A stretch of 36,882 bases of DNA. It comes from Deltaproteobacteria bacterium. GTDB lineage: Bacteria > Desulfobacterota > DSM-4660 > Desulfatiglandales > B25-G16. The stretch is from the NCBI GenBank assembly GCA_018400255.1, contig JAGYMO010000362.1:1-36882 (forward strand), written 5' to 3'. How positions within the stretch are numbered: position 1 is the stretch's first letter; each line of letters opens with the position of its first letter. The notes under the pieces are model-generated. The model worked only from the letters and a program-made list of their open reading frames with translations. It ran no database searches and was not told where the DNA came from. This document shows, one piece after another, positions 28,614 to 36,882 of the stretch. The position numbers were made by a program, and so were the translations under genes.

Positions 28614-29954
28614 ATGGAGAAACTTGTAGTCATAGGTGGCGTAGCAGCTGGGTTGTCAGCTGCAAGTGCTGCTAAAAGGATAAAGAAATCTGAAATAAAT
28701 GCAGTCGTATTTGAAAAGTCAGGATACATATCTTACGGGGCGTGTTCTGAACCTTACTTCATATCAGGGCTTGTTTTAAAACCGGAGGATTTGATTGAGG
28801 TGACCCCTGAAGAGTTTGAGCAAAAGCGTTCTATACCAATATATAGGTTACATGAGGTCGTTGATATAGATTATAATGCCGGATATGTGACAGTAGAGGA
28901 TATACTGAATCGTAAAACCTTTAAAGAAGATTTTGATTACCTTATGATCTCTACAGGGGCGAAAGGGAAAACGATCGACGTACCTGGAAAAGAGCTGGAA
29001 GGTATATTTACATTGAGGACCGTTGAAGATGCGATAGCAATCCAGAAAAGCGCTGGATCCTCGAAGCATGTAGTTATATGCGGCGGAGGATATATTGGGC
29101 TTGAGATGGCGGAGTCATTTATTACTATGGGCAAAGATGTAACAATATTGAAAAAATCTTCTCAGATGTTGTTAAATTTTGATCCTGATATGTCCTCATT
29201 AGTTGAAGAAGAGGTAGTATCAAAGGGGGTTAAGATTCAAAGTGGCGTAGACATACTATCCTTTGAAGGAAATGATCGAGTTGCGAAGGTAGTTACAAAT
29301 AAAGGGGAAGTTGATGCCGAGACAGTACTTGTATCAAAAGGCGCTGCACCTAATGTTGACCTTGCTAAGAAAATAGGTGTTCGGATAGGAGATACAGGTG
29401 CTATTGCAGTGGATAAAAGGCAGAGAACTAATATTGATAGAGTTTATTCAGGGGGTGATTGTGCCGAGGTCTATCATATAATCGGGAAAAAACCTGTATA
29501 CATTCCTCTTGGACCAACTGCAAACAAGGCAGGGAGAACCGCCGGTGAGAATATTGGAGGGCTTAACACGGAATTCCCTGGTGTTGTAGGCACTGCCATT
29601 TCAAAGATCTTTGATCTGGAGGTTGCAAGAAGTGGTTTTAGTTTAAAAGAGGCGGCAGAATATGGCTTTGATGCAGCTTCTATTACTATAAAACATAGAT
29701 CTCGCTCCAAGCACTACCCTGATGGAAGCATTATTACTGTTCAGCTTGTTTTAGATAAAAGCAATGGGAAACTTTTGGGCGCACAAATGATAGGCGGGGA
29801 AGGTGCTGCTTTGAGAATAGATGTAATAGCTGCAGCACTTCATAGCGGTATGACTGCAGAAGAGTTATATCACTTGGACTTAGGCTATGCCCCCCCATTT
29901 TCCCCTGTATGGGATCCAATTCTAGTAGCCGCCAATAAGGCAAGAAAAATATAG
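28614..29954 (+). CDS. FAD-dependent pyridine nucleotide-disulfide oxidoreductase, CoA-disulfide reductase / NADH oxidase type
   Basis: VVIGGVAAG FAD motif, single redox Cys in SYGACSEPY and ICGGGYIGLE NAD(P) motif. Start set at the ATG 7 nt after AAAGGAGG. The ORF-track TTG at 28590 is upstream of that ribosome site. Confidence 0.85.
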   Translation: MEKLVVIGGVAAGLSAASAAKRIKKSEINAVVFEKSGYISYGACSEPYFISGLVLKPEDLIEVTPEEFEQKRSIPIYRLHEVVDIDYNAGYVTVEDILNRKTFKEDFDYLMISTGAKGKTIDVPGKELEGIFTLRTVEDAIAIQKSAGSSKHVVICGGGYIGLEMAESFITMGKDVTILKKSSQMLLNFDPDMSSLVEEEVVSKGVKIQSGVDILSFEGNDRVAKVVTNKGEVDAETVLVSKGAAPNVDLAKKIGVRIGDTGAIAVDKRQRTNIDRVYSGGDCAEVYHIIGKKPVYIPLGPTANKAGRTAGENIGGLNTEFPGVVGTAISKIFDLEVARSGFSLKEAAEYGFDAASITIKHRSRSKHYPDGSIITVQLVLDKSNGKLLGAQMIGGEGAALRIDVIAAALHSGMTAEELYHLDLGYAPPFSPVWDPILVAANKARKI

Positions 29955-30071
29955 TTGTAAATTAAATTATTTAAGGCTTGAAGCTTTAATTAAGGCGATT
30001 AGTTGCACTAATTTATTTTTAATATTTAGTGATGTATAATATTTAATTAAGATTTATCTAAGGATATAATT

Positions 30072-30509
30072 ATGCCGATACGGTTTGGAAGACGTGGAGG
30101 GGGTATGGGCCATGAGATAGCCCCGGGGCACCGCAGGTTTGGCAGGCCTTTTGGAGCTGGAAGGACGGAAAATTGCATTTGTCCATCCTGTTATACAATT
30201 CTGCCTCATCAAGTAGGCAGGCCGTGTTTTCAGATTAGATGTCCTAATTGCGGCGCATTTTTAGTTAGGCAGTTTGTGATACCTGAGTCATATAACCGAC
30301 CTGGCCCGGATACTACAAGAGGGGCGGAAAGAGCAACAGATGCTGTCCCAAAGATTGATAGGGATGTTTGTGCAGGGTGTAAAAAATGTATGGATGTTTG
30401 CCCCACCAGGGCTATTTCAATTATTGATAAAAAGGCTGTGATAAATCCCTATATTTGCAATAGATGCAGGGCTTGCGTTCCTGTTTGCCCGGTTGGGGCA
30501 ATAAAATAA
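30072..30509 (+). CDS. 2x[4Fe-4S] ferredoxin-domain protein with N-terminal Arg/Gly-rich zinc-ribbon domain
   Basis: 145-aa ORF. The C-terminus has CAGCKKCMDVCP and CNRCRACVPVCP cluster motifs. The N-terminus has CICPSC...CPNCG (Cys4 ribbon) after an RFGRRGGGMG tract. Confidence 0.8.
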   Translation: MPIRFGRRGGGMGHEIAPGHRRFGRPFGAGRTENCICPSCYTILPHQVGRPCFQIRCPNCGAFLVRQFVIPESYNRPGPDTTRGAERATDAVPKIDRDVCAGCKKCMDVCPTRAISIIDKKAVINPYICNRCRACVPVCPVGAIK

Positions 30510-30715
30510 AATCTGGATTGTATGCTATATTTAACAAACTCTGTTACTATCCTGCTTCAGGTTTGTAAGGGGTGAGACCTATACTTTTTATAAGAAAAAT
30601 TGATCGATAAATAGTATTCTTCTATTAGTATAATATGATTCTAAATTTAATAATTTTATACTTGTTCTAAATTGAGTTCTGGAAAGATGTTTTGTGTTGA
30701 TTTGAAAAAACGTAA

Positions 30716-30737
30716 GGCAGGAAAAAATTCTCCTGCC
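30716..30737. terminator. bidirectional hairpin in the convergent ferredoxin / 2-TM-protein spacer
   Basis: GGCAGGA-aaaaattc-TCCTGCC. T-rich sequence follows on both strands (CATTATTGTTTCTT on plus, TTACGTTTTTTC on minus). Confidence 0.5.
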
Positions 30738-30957
30738 CATTATTGTTTCTTATAGGTTTCTTGCCGGCTAAGGACATAAAAAGTCTTTGGTTCAGCCTGT
30801 TCCTTTCTGATTTTTCCTATGATGATGGCAGGCTGTTTATAAGGGAAAGGAGATTTTTATACGATTCTGATTTCTTCTAAAAAAAGGTTGTTTTGCTGTA
30901 GAGAAATAGCAATTTTTCAAGATAATCAGAAAAGGAAATATTTTTTGTAAATTTAGA

Positions 30958-31236
30958 TTAATCCTCTTTTTTTAAATCCTCTACCTCTTTTTTTAAGCCT
31001 GCAACCTCTTCCTTTAACTTGTCTGTATCAATATTTTCGCTATCTTTTTCCTCAAGATTTTTTGCATTTCTTTTGTCTTTCCATTCTTCAATGCCTAAAT
31101 ATGTAGCTAATGCGCCGCCTAATATTAGCAATATAGGTATACCAGCCGCCAGTGCCTTAACAAAATATCCCCACCATATAATAATTCCAATAATTCCCAA
31201 TATCAAAGATACCAAACCACCAATTAAAGCTGCCAT
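30958..31236 (-). CDS. small membrane protein, two TM helices plus charged coiled-coil tail (unknown function)
   Basis: 92-aa ORF with a perfect AAGGAGG ribosome site 5 nt upstream of the ATG. It has two Gly/Ile/Leu-rich TM segments and a Lys/Glu/Asp-rich C-terminus. I recognise no family. Confidence 0.65.
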   Translation of the reverse strand: MAALIGGLVSLILGIIGIIIWWGYFVKALAAGIPILLILGGALATYLGIEEWKDKRNAKNLEEKDSENIDTDKLKEEVAGLKKEVEDLKKED

Positions 31237-31478
31237 TTCTACCTCCTTAAAATTAATGATTTTTAATTGCTGAATTCATACCTTGTAACATAACATAATT
31301 TATCATTCAAGAAATAATTACTATCAATTTATAGTTGCACGAAATTTCAATAACGTTTGAGAAAATTCAGAGAGGAGAGTAAGACAGGGTCTACAATCAA
31401 AATTGATATTTTTGCACCGGCTCAAAAAAACTAATTAACCTAAATAATCCAAATAATTATCCTTGATTCTGGGTTTTA

Positions 31479-31507
31479 TTGACAAATTAAGGTTTAATAT
31501 ATACTAT
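31479..31507 (+). promoter_or_regulatory. sigma-70-type promoter about 240 nt upstream of the CooT-like gene
   Basis: Perfect -35 TTGACA - 17 nt - TACTAT. Confidence 0.45.
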
Positions 31508-31749
31508 TACTTAGGAAATTGCCGCTTTAGATAAATATCTAAAAGAACTTGTGAGTTTCGCCTTTGCGCCGAAGTAAGCCATTCCAAGGCAAAAGAATTC
31601 ATGAGCGTGAAAAGAAATTTACAATTCCTTTTACTTATAAATGGAACGTTAACGATGCAGGTTTTTTTATATGAGAATGTGAACAGCCAAATGAAAAGGC
31701 TCTTTTTATCCTTTTTATTTATCATCTTAATTATTTGGAGGAGCAAAGA

Positions 31750-31947
31750 ATGTGCGAGGCAAATGCATATCTTCTAAAAGACGGTAAAGAAACGTTAATT
31801 ATGAAAAGTGTTGATACATTAAGACCTGAGGAAAAGGGGATATATATCCAAAATATCTTCGGCGAACAGAAAACAATTAAGGCAAGAATAAAGGAAATGC
31901 ATCTTGTTGACCATAGGATTTTGTTTGAAGAATACGAGAATAAATAG
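31750..31947 (+). CDS. CooT-family putative nickel-binding protein
   Basis: 65 aa beginning MCEANAYL (Cys2 is the Ni ligand in CooT). GGAGGAG ribosome site 7 nt upstream. The ORF-track TTG at 31735 overlaps that ribosome site. Confidence 0.75.
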   Translation: MCEANAYLLKDGKETLIMKSVDTLRPEEKGIYIQNIFGEQKTIKARIKEMHLVDHRILFEEYENK

Positions 31948-31950
31948 TAT

Positions 31951-31988
31951 CAGATTATTTATAACATATTAAAAATCTGTGTTTTTTT
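31951..31988 (+). terminator. putative terminator after the CooT-like gene
   Basis: CAGATT ... AATCTG stem (AT-rich extension possible) followed by TGTTTTTTT. Confidence 0.5.
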
Positions 31989-32064
31989 AATTTTTAATCT
32001 GGAAATAAAGTCTAAATTAGCCAAAAAATTTTTACAAAGGTTTTAACCTTTACCTTCTTTGAGA

Positions 32065-32973
32065 ATGAAGAAACATATAGCATTTTTTATTGAATATTTA
32101 AAATCGGAAAGGGGCTATTCCCCTCATACAATCAGGAATTACGAAAGCGATCTAAAGCAATTTTGTGATTTTATTACAGATAAAAAAGATACAGAAGGCT
32201 TTGAATTTGAGGTTGGCAGTATAAACTATATGATAATCAGAGAGTATGTAGGTGGACTTTTCAATAAATGCAGCCGTGGTACAATTGCTAGAAAACTTTC
32301 TGCCCTTAAATCATTTTTTAGATATTTAGAGCTTAGAGGACTGTGTCTAAAGAATCCAGCCGTTAATATAAGTACACCTAAACTAGAGAAACGTATCCCT
32401 GTCTACCTTTCTATTGATGAAATTTTTGCACTCTTAAATCAGCCTAAAAGTGATACAGAATTAGGCCTTAGGGATTTGGCTATAATGGAGTTATTGTATT
32501 CATCTGGCATCAGGGTCAGTGAGCTCGTTTTTTTAAATGTTGAAAAAGTGGACCTTGAATCTAGATTAGTGAAAGTTTTAGGTAAGGGCGGAAAAGAAAG
32601 AATTATTCCATTTGGTAGGAGAGCCTATACCGCTATCAAGGATTACCTTAGAAACGCGGAAAAAATCAGAAAAAAGAAAGGTTATGACCTGCAAAAAGGA
32701 CCTCTTTTTCTTAATTATAGAGGCGAAAGACTTTCATCAAGGAGTGTTAACAGAATTATTAAGAAATATTCTAGAGATAGCGGCATAATGACAAATATTA
32801 GCCCCCATTCTATACGCCATACATTTGCGACCCACCTATTAGACAGCGGTGCGGATTTAAGGTCAATTCAGGAATTTTTAGGTCATGTAAGTCTCTCCAC
32901 TACGCAAAAATACACCCATGTTAGTATTGATAGGCTCATGGAGGTATACGATAAATCTCATCCAAGGAGTTGA
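32065..32973 (+). CDS. xerC: tyrosine recombinase XerC-type (chromosome dimer resolution)
   Basis: N-terminal SAM-like core-binding domain (YLKSERGYSPHTIRNYESDL). Catalytic R...HSIRHTFATHLL...LGH...TQKYTH with nucleophile Tyr. Sits upstream of hslVU in a conserved arrangement. The start could be TTG 32059 or ATG 32065. Confidence 0.9.
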   Translation: MKKHIAFFIEYLKSERGYSPHTIRNYESDLKQFCDFITDKKDTEGFEFEVGSINYMIIREYVGGLFNKCSRGTIARKLSALKSFFRYLELRGLCLKNPAVNISTPKLEKRIPVYLSIDEIFALLNQPKSDTELGLRDLAIMELLYSSGIRVSELVFLNVEKVDLESRLVKVLGKGGKERIIPFGRRAYTAIKDYLRNAEKIRKKKGYDLQKGPLFLNYRGERLSSRSVNRIIKKYSRDSGIMTNISPHSIRHTFATHLLDSGADLRSIQEFLGHVSLSTTQKYTHVSIDRLMEVYDKSHPRS

Positions 32974-33352
32974 TTTACTTACTGGCTATCTAAAGGTAAT
33001 AGATCCAGGAAGGCTTATTTCGATTTTATTATTTGGAAAGTTTATACTTTGTATTATAAGAAAAGGAGTGAAATTTACTATTTTACTATTTTAATCTTAA
33101 CGACATGGCATAATTAATAATTTCATTTGATCAGAATTTTTATTTTGTGCAGGAATTCTGGTTACAATAGTGTTTCCGACTTTGAATAATAGTTATATTA
33201 TTTGTGCATTATAGGGTAATGAAGATTTTGTGAGGATTTTGCTTTTACTTGTACAATTATTGCTTTTTATATTGTAGGCCTAAAAAATGACATACAATTT
33301 TCAGGGTTTTTATCGAGTAGTTTTTTAATCAGTGAGAGAGGAGTTGAATTAG

Positions 33353-33901
33353 ATGATTAGGGGGACCACAATACTGTCTGTTAGGAAGTCGGATCAGGGA
33401 GTTATGGCAGCAGACGGACAGGTTACTATGGAAGACACGATAATGAAGCAAAAGGCCAAAAAACTCCGTTTTATGTATAATGACCAGGTATTAGTTGGGT
33501 TTGCAGGGGCCACAGCAGATGCATTCTCACTCTTTGAAAAATTAGAGGGCAAGCTTGAGAAATACAATGGGAATTTGCCAAGATCTGCAGTGGAATTAGC
33601 GAAAGATTGGAGGACTGACAGAATACTTCGGAGGTTAGAGGCCTTACTTATTGCTATGGATAATGAGCATACCTTTATATTATCAGGTAATGGTGATGTA
33701 ATTGAACCAGATGGGGATGTCGCAGCTATTGGCTCGGGTGGCCCTTATGCTTTTGCTGCTGCCAGGGCTCTTATGGCTCATTCAAAGTTAGATGCAAAAG
33801 ATATTGCCATGGAATCAATGAAGATTGCAGCGTCAATATGCATATATACAAATGAAGAATTTTATATAAAAGCATTGCCGAATGCAGAAGATAAAGTTTG
33901 A
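33353..33901 (+). CDS. hslV: ATP-dependent protease subunit HslV
   Basis: 182-aa ORF. A short MIRG propeptide precedes the TTIL nucleophile Thr. GDGQV and GSGG motifs. GAGGAG ribosome site. Confidence 0.95.
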   Translation: MIRGTTILSVRKSDQGVMAADGQVTMEDTIMKQKAKKLRFMYNDQVLVGFAGATADAFSLFEKLEGKLEKYNGNLPRSAVELAKDWRTDRILRRLEALLIAMDNEHTFILSGNGDVIEPDGDVAAIGSGGPYAFAAARALMAHSKLDAKDIAMESMKIAASICIYTNEEFYIKALPNAEDKV

Positions 33902-34181
33902 TTTATCCTTTAAAAAATTTCACCACGATAAGGGGTTTTAAAAAATTTATTTAGCTATCAATGTAGAGATTTTTTGAGAGCAGACAGCACTGTTTCTAAA
34001 ATATTTTTTGGACATTGGTAACACTTCATCAAGTGAAAAATCCCTCTTGTAATTTTTTGCATGGCCTAACAAACGAATGTATGGAAAATGGAAAAAAACT
34101 AAATAAGGTATAGGGCGGTATCATTATTTTAATAAAGCTTTATAATGAATTTTGGCCCTTTCATTTTTATATGGAGATCCA

Positions 34182-35585
34182 ATGACAAAGAATAACGAAG
34201 ATGATAATGAACACGGGGTCTTAACTCCGAGAGAGATTGTATCAGAGTTAGATAAATATATCATAGGTCAGGATAACGCAAAGCGGTCCGTGGCTGTTGC
34301 TCTGAGAAATAGATGGCGCAGACAACAGGTTCCTAAAGATCTGAGAGATGAGATAGCACCTAAGAATATTATCATGATAGGCCCTACTGGTGTTGGCAAG
34401 ACAGAGATAGCCAGGCGTCTTGCCAAATTGGCAAATTCTCCTTTTTTAAAGATTGAGGCATCGAAGTTTACAGAGGTTGGATATGTAGGCAGAGATGTGG
34501 AGAGCATGATAAGGGATTTAACGGAACTCGCTGTCAATATGGCTAAAAAAGAGGCTCAGGAAGAAGTTCGAATTAAGGCAATTGAGCTGGCAGAAGAAAG
34601 GCTGCTTGATATGCTTCTGCCAAAACCAAAAAGGGAAGTTCAAAAGGAGTCTAATGATCAGAGAGAGGGTATGCTCGAGGTAGTTAAACAGGATAGTTTT
34701 GACAAAAATTCGACAAGGGAAAAACTCAGGAGGCTTTTGCGAAAAGGCAAGCTTGATTCAAGGTATGTTGAATTAGAGATTAATGATAAACCCTTTCCCT
34801 TTATAGAGATACTTTCGGGAGCTGGCTTGGAGGAGATTGATTTAAATGTAAAAGAAATCTTTGGGCAAATAATGCCATCAAAGACTAAAAAAAGAAAGGT
34901 TAAAGTCAAAGATGCAGCTGATATAATTACAGAACAGGAGGCCCAAAAACTTATTGATTTTGACAAGGTTGTTGAAAAGGCCATACGAAGAACAGAGCAG
35001 AACGGAATAATCTTTTTAGATGAATTGGATAAAATAGTAGGGGGCGACTCAAGTTCTGGGCCGGATGTTTCACGAGAAGGAGTGCAAAGGGATCTTCTCC
35101 CCATAGTAGAGGGATCAACTGTTCTTACGAAATATGGCATGGTGAGAAGTGATCATATTTTATTCATAGCCTCTGGCGCATTTCATGGAAGTAAACCATC
35201 GGATCTTTTGCCTGAGCTACAGGGACGATTTCCAATACGGGTAGAACTTGATAGTCTTACAGAGGAGGATTTTGTTCTGATACTGACAGAGCCACAAAAT
35301 GCGCTTATAGTTCAGTACATTGCCTTGTTGAGTACGGAGGGCATATCCTTGGAGTTTACAGATAAAGCCCTGGTTGAAATCGCAAAAATTGCCTATGAGG
35401 CAAACAATACTATGGAAAATATAGGGGCTCGGCGATTGCATACTGTAATGGAAGCCCTCTTGGATGAGATATCTTTTGATGCATCAGAGATGGAAGATAA
35501 AAATATCACTATAGACGAGGGTTACGTTAAAGAAAAGTTAAGCGGCATACTTGAGGATACAAACCTTAGCAGATATATTTTGTAA
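34182..35585 (+). CDS. hslU: ATP-dependent protease ATPase subunit HslU
   Basis: [17 protein letters not shown] start, Walker [16 protein letters not shown], an I-domain insertion, Walker [10 protein letters not shown] and a C-terminal GARRLHTV motif. Start set at the ATG after GGAG. The TTG at 34152 is unlikely. Confidence 0.95.
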   Translation: MTKNNEDDNEHGVLTPREIVSELDKYIIGQDNAKRSVAVALRNRWRRQQVPKDLRDEIAPKNIIMIGPTGVGKTEIARRLAKLANSPFLKIEASKFTEVGYVGRDVESMIRDLTELAVNMAKKEAQEEVRIKAIELAEERLLDMLLPKPKREVQKESNDQREGMLEVVKQDSFDKNSTREKLRRLLRKGKLDSRYVELEINDKPFPFIEILSGAGLEEIDLNVKEIFGQIMPSKTKKRKVKVKDAADIITEQEAQKLIDFDKVVEKAIRRTEQNGIIFLDELDKIVGGDSSSGPDVSREGVQRDLLPIVEGSTVLTKYGMVRSDHILFIASGAFHGSKPSDLLPELQGRFPIRVELDSLTEEDFVLILTEPQNALIVQYIALLSTEGISLEFTDKALVEIAKIAYEANNTMENIGARRLHTVMEALLDEISFDASEMEDKNITIDEGYVKEKLSGILEDTNLSRYIL

Positions 35586-35860
35586 GAATTACAACTTTTT
35601 AGGCATGCAATAAAGTCAATAAGATGAAGTTGATTTTAAACGTTTGAATAGTAAACCTGTTCAACCAGCAGCAAGCTAAGAGAATATTTGTAATTTTGCT
35701 TTATCTTCCGCATCAATTTAAATTTACCCATAAAGAAGGCAAATCTATTAGCCTCCAAAAATAATATGGGTCCTGAATTCACCATTCGTCCAGCAGAGAT
35801 AATATGAGTTATAAGCTGTCACTCAGCTTCAAATTACTTAATAAAATTAGGTGATGTCCA

Positions 35861-36760
35861 ATGAATAAAGGATTAGACAGGGCAAGAATACTTATTGAAG
35901 CGCTCCCTTATATAAGGGCATTCAATAATAAGATTATGGTTATCAAGTATGGCGGTCATGCTATGGTTGATTCTAATCTTAAGAGGGATTTTGCGCTCGA
36001 TATTATCTTGATGAAATATGTTGGTCTAAACCCTGTAATAGTCCACGGTGGAGGGCCTCAAATCGGTGAGTACCTTAATAAGATGTCAATTAAATCAAGC
36101 TTTATTGACGGGCATAGGGTTACTGATGAGGCTACGATGGATATTGTTGAGATGGTCCTTGCCGGGAAGGTTAACAAAGAGATCGTAGCTACTATAAACC
36201 AGAATGGTGGCCAGGCAGTGGGTTTATCCGGTAAGGATGGGCAGCTCATAACAGCAAAGAAATTGCGTTTAACATCAAATACCAATGGCAAGGTTACAAG
36301 CGCTGATAATCCTCCTGAGATTATAGATATTGGGATGGTGGGCGAGGTTGTTTCGGTGAACAGCCGTGTATTAAGAAGCCTTATGGATAATCAATTCATA
36401 CCAGTTATAGCCCCGGTTGGTGTTGGAAAAAGAAATGAAACATATAACATTAATGCAGATCTCGTTGCCGGTCATATTGCATCGTCACTAAAGGCGCAAA
36501 AACTTATTCTGCTAACCGATGTTGAGGGTGTGATTGATAAACAGAATAATCTTATTGCAAGCCTGACAGTAGAGGAGGCCAAAAATATGATAATTAATGC
36601 TGATATTACCGGTGGAATGATACCAAAAATTCAATGCTGCCTTGATGCTCTTGGAAACGGCGTAGAAAAGACGCATATAATTAATGGAACTAAGGAACAT
36701 GCCTTGTTGTTAGAAATATTTACAGATGAAGGGGTGGGAACAGAGATAGTCTCCGATTAA
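35861..36760 (+). CDS. argB: acetylglutamate kinase
   Basis: 299-aa ORF with [17 protein letters not shown] and NINADLVAG motifs. Confidence 0.95.
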   Translation: MNKGLDRARILIEALPYIRAFNNKIMVIKYGGHAMVDSNLKRDFALDIILMKYVGLNPVIVHGGGPQIGEYLNKMSIKSSFIDGHRVTDEATMDIVEMVLAGKVNKEIVATINQNGGQAVGLSGKDGQLITAKKLRLTSNTNGKVTSADNPPEIIDIGMVGEVVSVNSRVLRSLMDNQFIPVIAPVGVGKRNETYNINADLVAGHIASSLKAQKLILLTDVEGVIDKQNNLIASLTVEEAKNMIINADITGGMIPKIQCCLDALGNGVEKTHIINGTKEHALLLEIFTDEGVGTEIVSD

Positions 36761-36882
36761 CGGTAATCATTGTCTCCTTCGGGGAATGGGAGAAAACCCT
36801 CGCTTTTTCCTATAGCGGAATCTTCGACCCCGTTAACAGAGTTTCCGCTTCGTTCCAATCCCGTAGACAGGTGCATCGCACA

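Noticed and set aside
31510-31749. A NiCo (czcD-type) or other metal riboswitch upstream of the CooT-like gene.
   Set aside because: I cannot recognise the conserved G-rich junction sequences of that class, or of any other riboswitch I know, in this AT-rich leader. It is kept only as a generic long-leader observation.
32065-32973. A tyrosine recombinase that could mark an integrated mobile element or genomic island.
   Set aside because: The sequence and context fit chromosomal XerC. It sits directly upstream of hslV-hslU-argB, a conserved housekeeping arrangement. There is no flanking tRNA, direct repeats, excisionase, phage or transposition genes.
33921-33931. The 11-mer CACCACGATAA is shared between the hslV-hslU spacer and the hairpin at 11554-11564, which might indicate a REP-like dispersed repeat.
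   Set aside because: A single shared 10-11-mer is expected many times by chance among all position pairs and both strands in 37 kb. I found no further copies and no extended similarity.
35586-35860. An ARG box (ArgR operator) upstream of argB, for example TGAATTCACCATTC at 35774-35787 and TTGAA...TTCAA at 35644-35664.
   Set aside because: The spacing and the AT-rich centre of the TGAAT-N4-ATTCA 18-bp palindrome are not satisfied. Only the half-sites match.

Overview
This is an AT-rich chromosomal window that is almost entirely conserved housekeeping operons. I call 39 CDS and find no rRNA or tRNA genes, CRISPR arrays, transposases, phage genes or recognisable defence genes.

Left half, mostly minus strand and tightly packed:
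- kdsA-lptC-lptA-lptB-rpoN, then a terminator and a 630-nt spacer.
- hpf-ptsN-EIIA(Man)-gap-tpiA.
- purM-DUF523-amidotransferase.

Middle:
- alaC-like aminotransferase-hom-thrH, ybgC-adk, a long nucleotide-sugar dehydrogenase and folD.
- A minus-strand run of M48 protease, nth, a small molybdoenzyme, panE and DUF488.

Right half, plus strand and loosely packed:
- YidD-like protein and an HD hydrolase.
- PP2C phosphatase plus FHA protein, then hsp20.
- CoA-disulfide-reductase-like flavoprotein and a zinc-ribbon ferredoxin.
- A small 2-TM protein, CooT-like protein, then xerC-hslV-hslU-argB.

The xerC-hslVU-argB order and a Desulfovibrio-type adenylate kinase metal lid suggest a Desulfobacterota-like organism. 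That is inference only.

I do not see a convincing novel multi-gene system. The best leads are small:
- A 17/19 match to the Fur-box consensus, a perfect 8-1-8 palindrome, over the predicted hsp20 promoter.
- An endonuclease III whose second Fe-S cysteine ligand is replaced by histidine.
- Unusually long non-coding spacers: rpoN/hpf, the cooT leader and hslV/hslU.
- An orphan PP2C-FHA pair.
- Compositionally foreign GC-rich sequence at both window edges.
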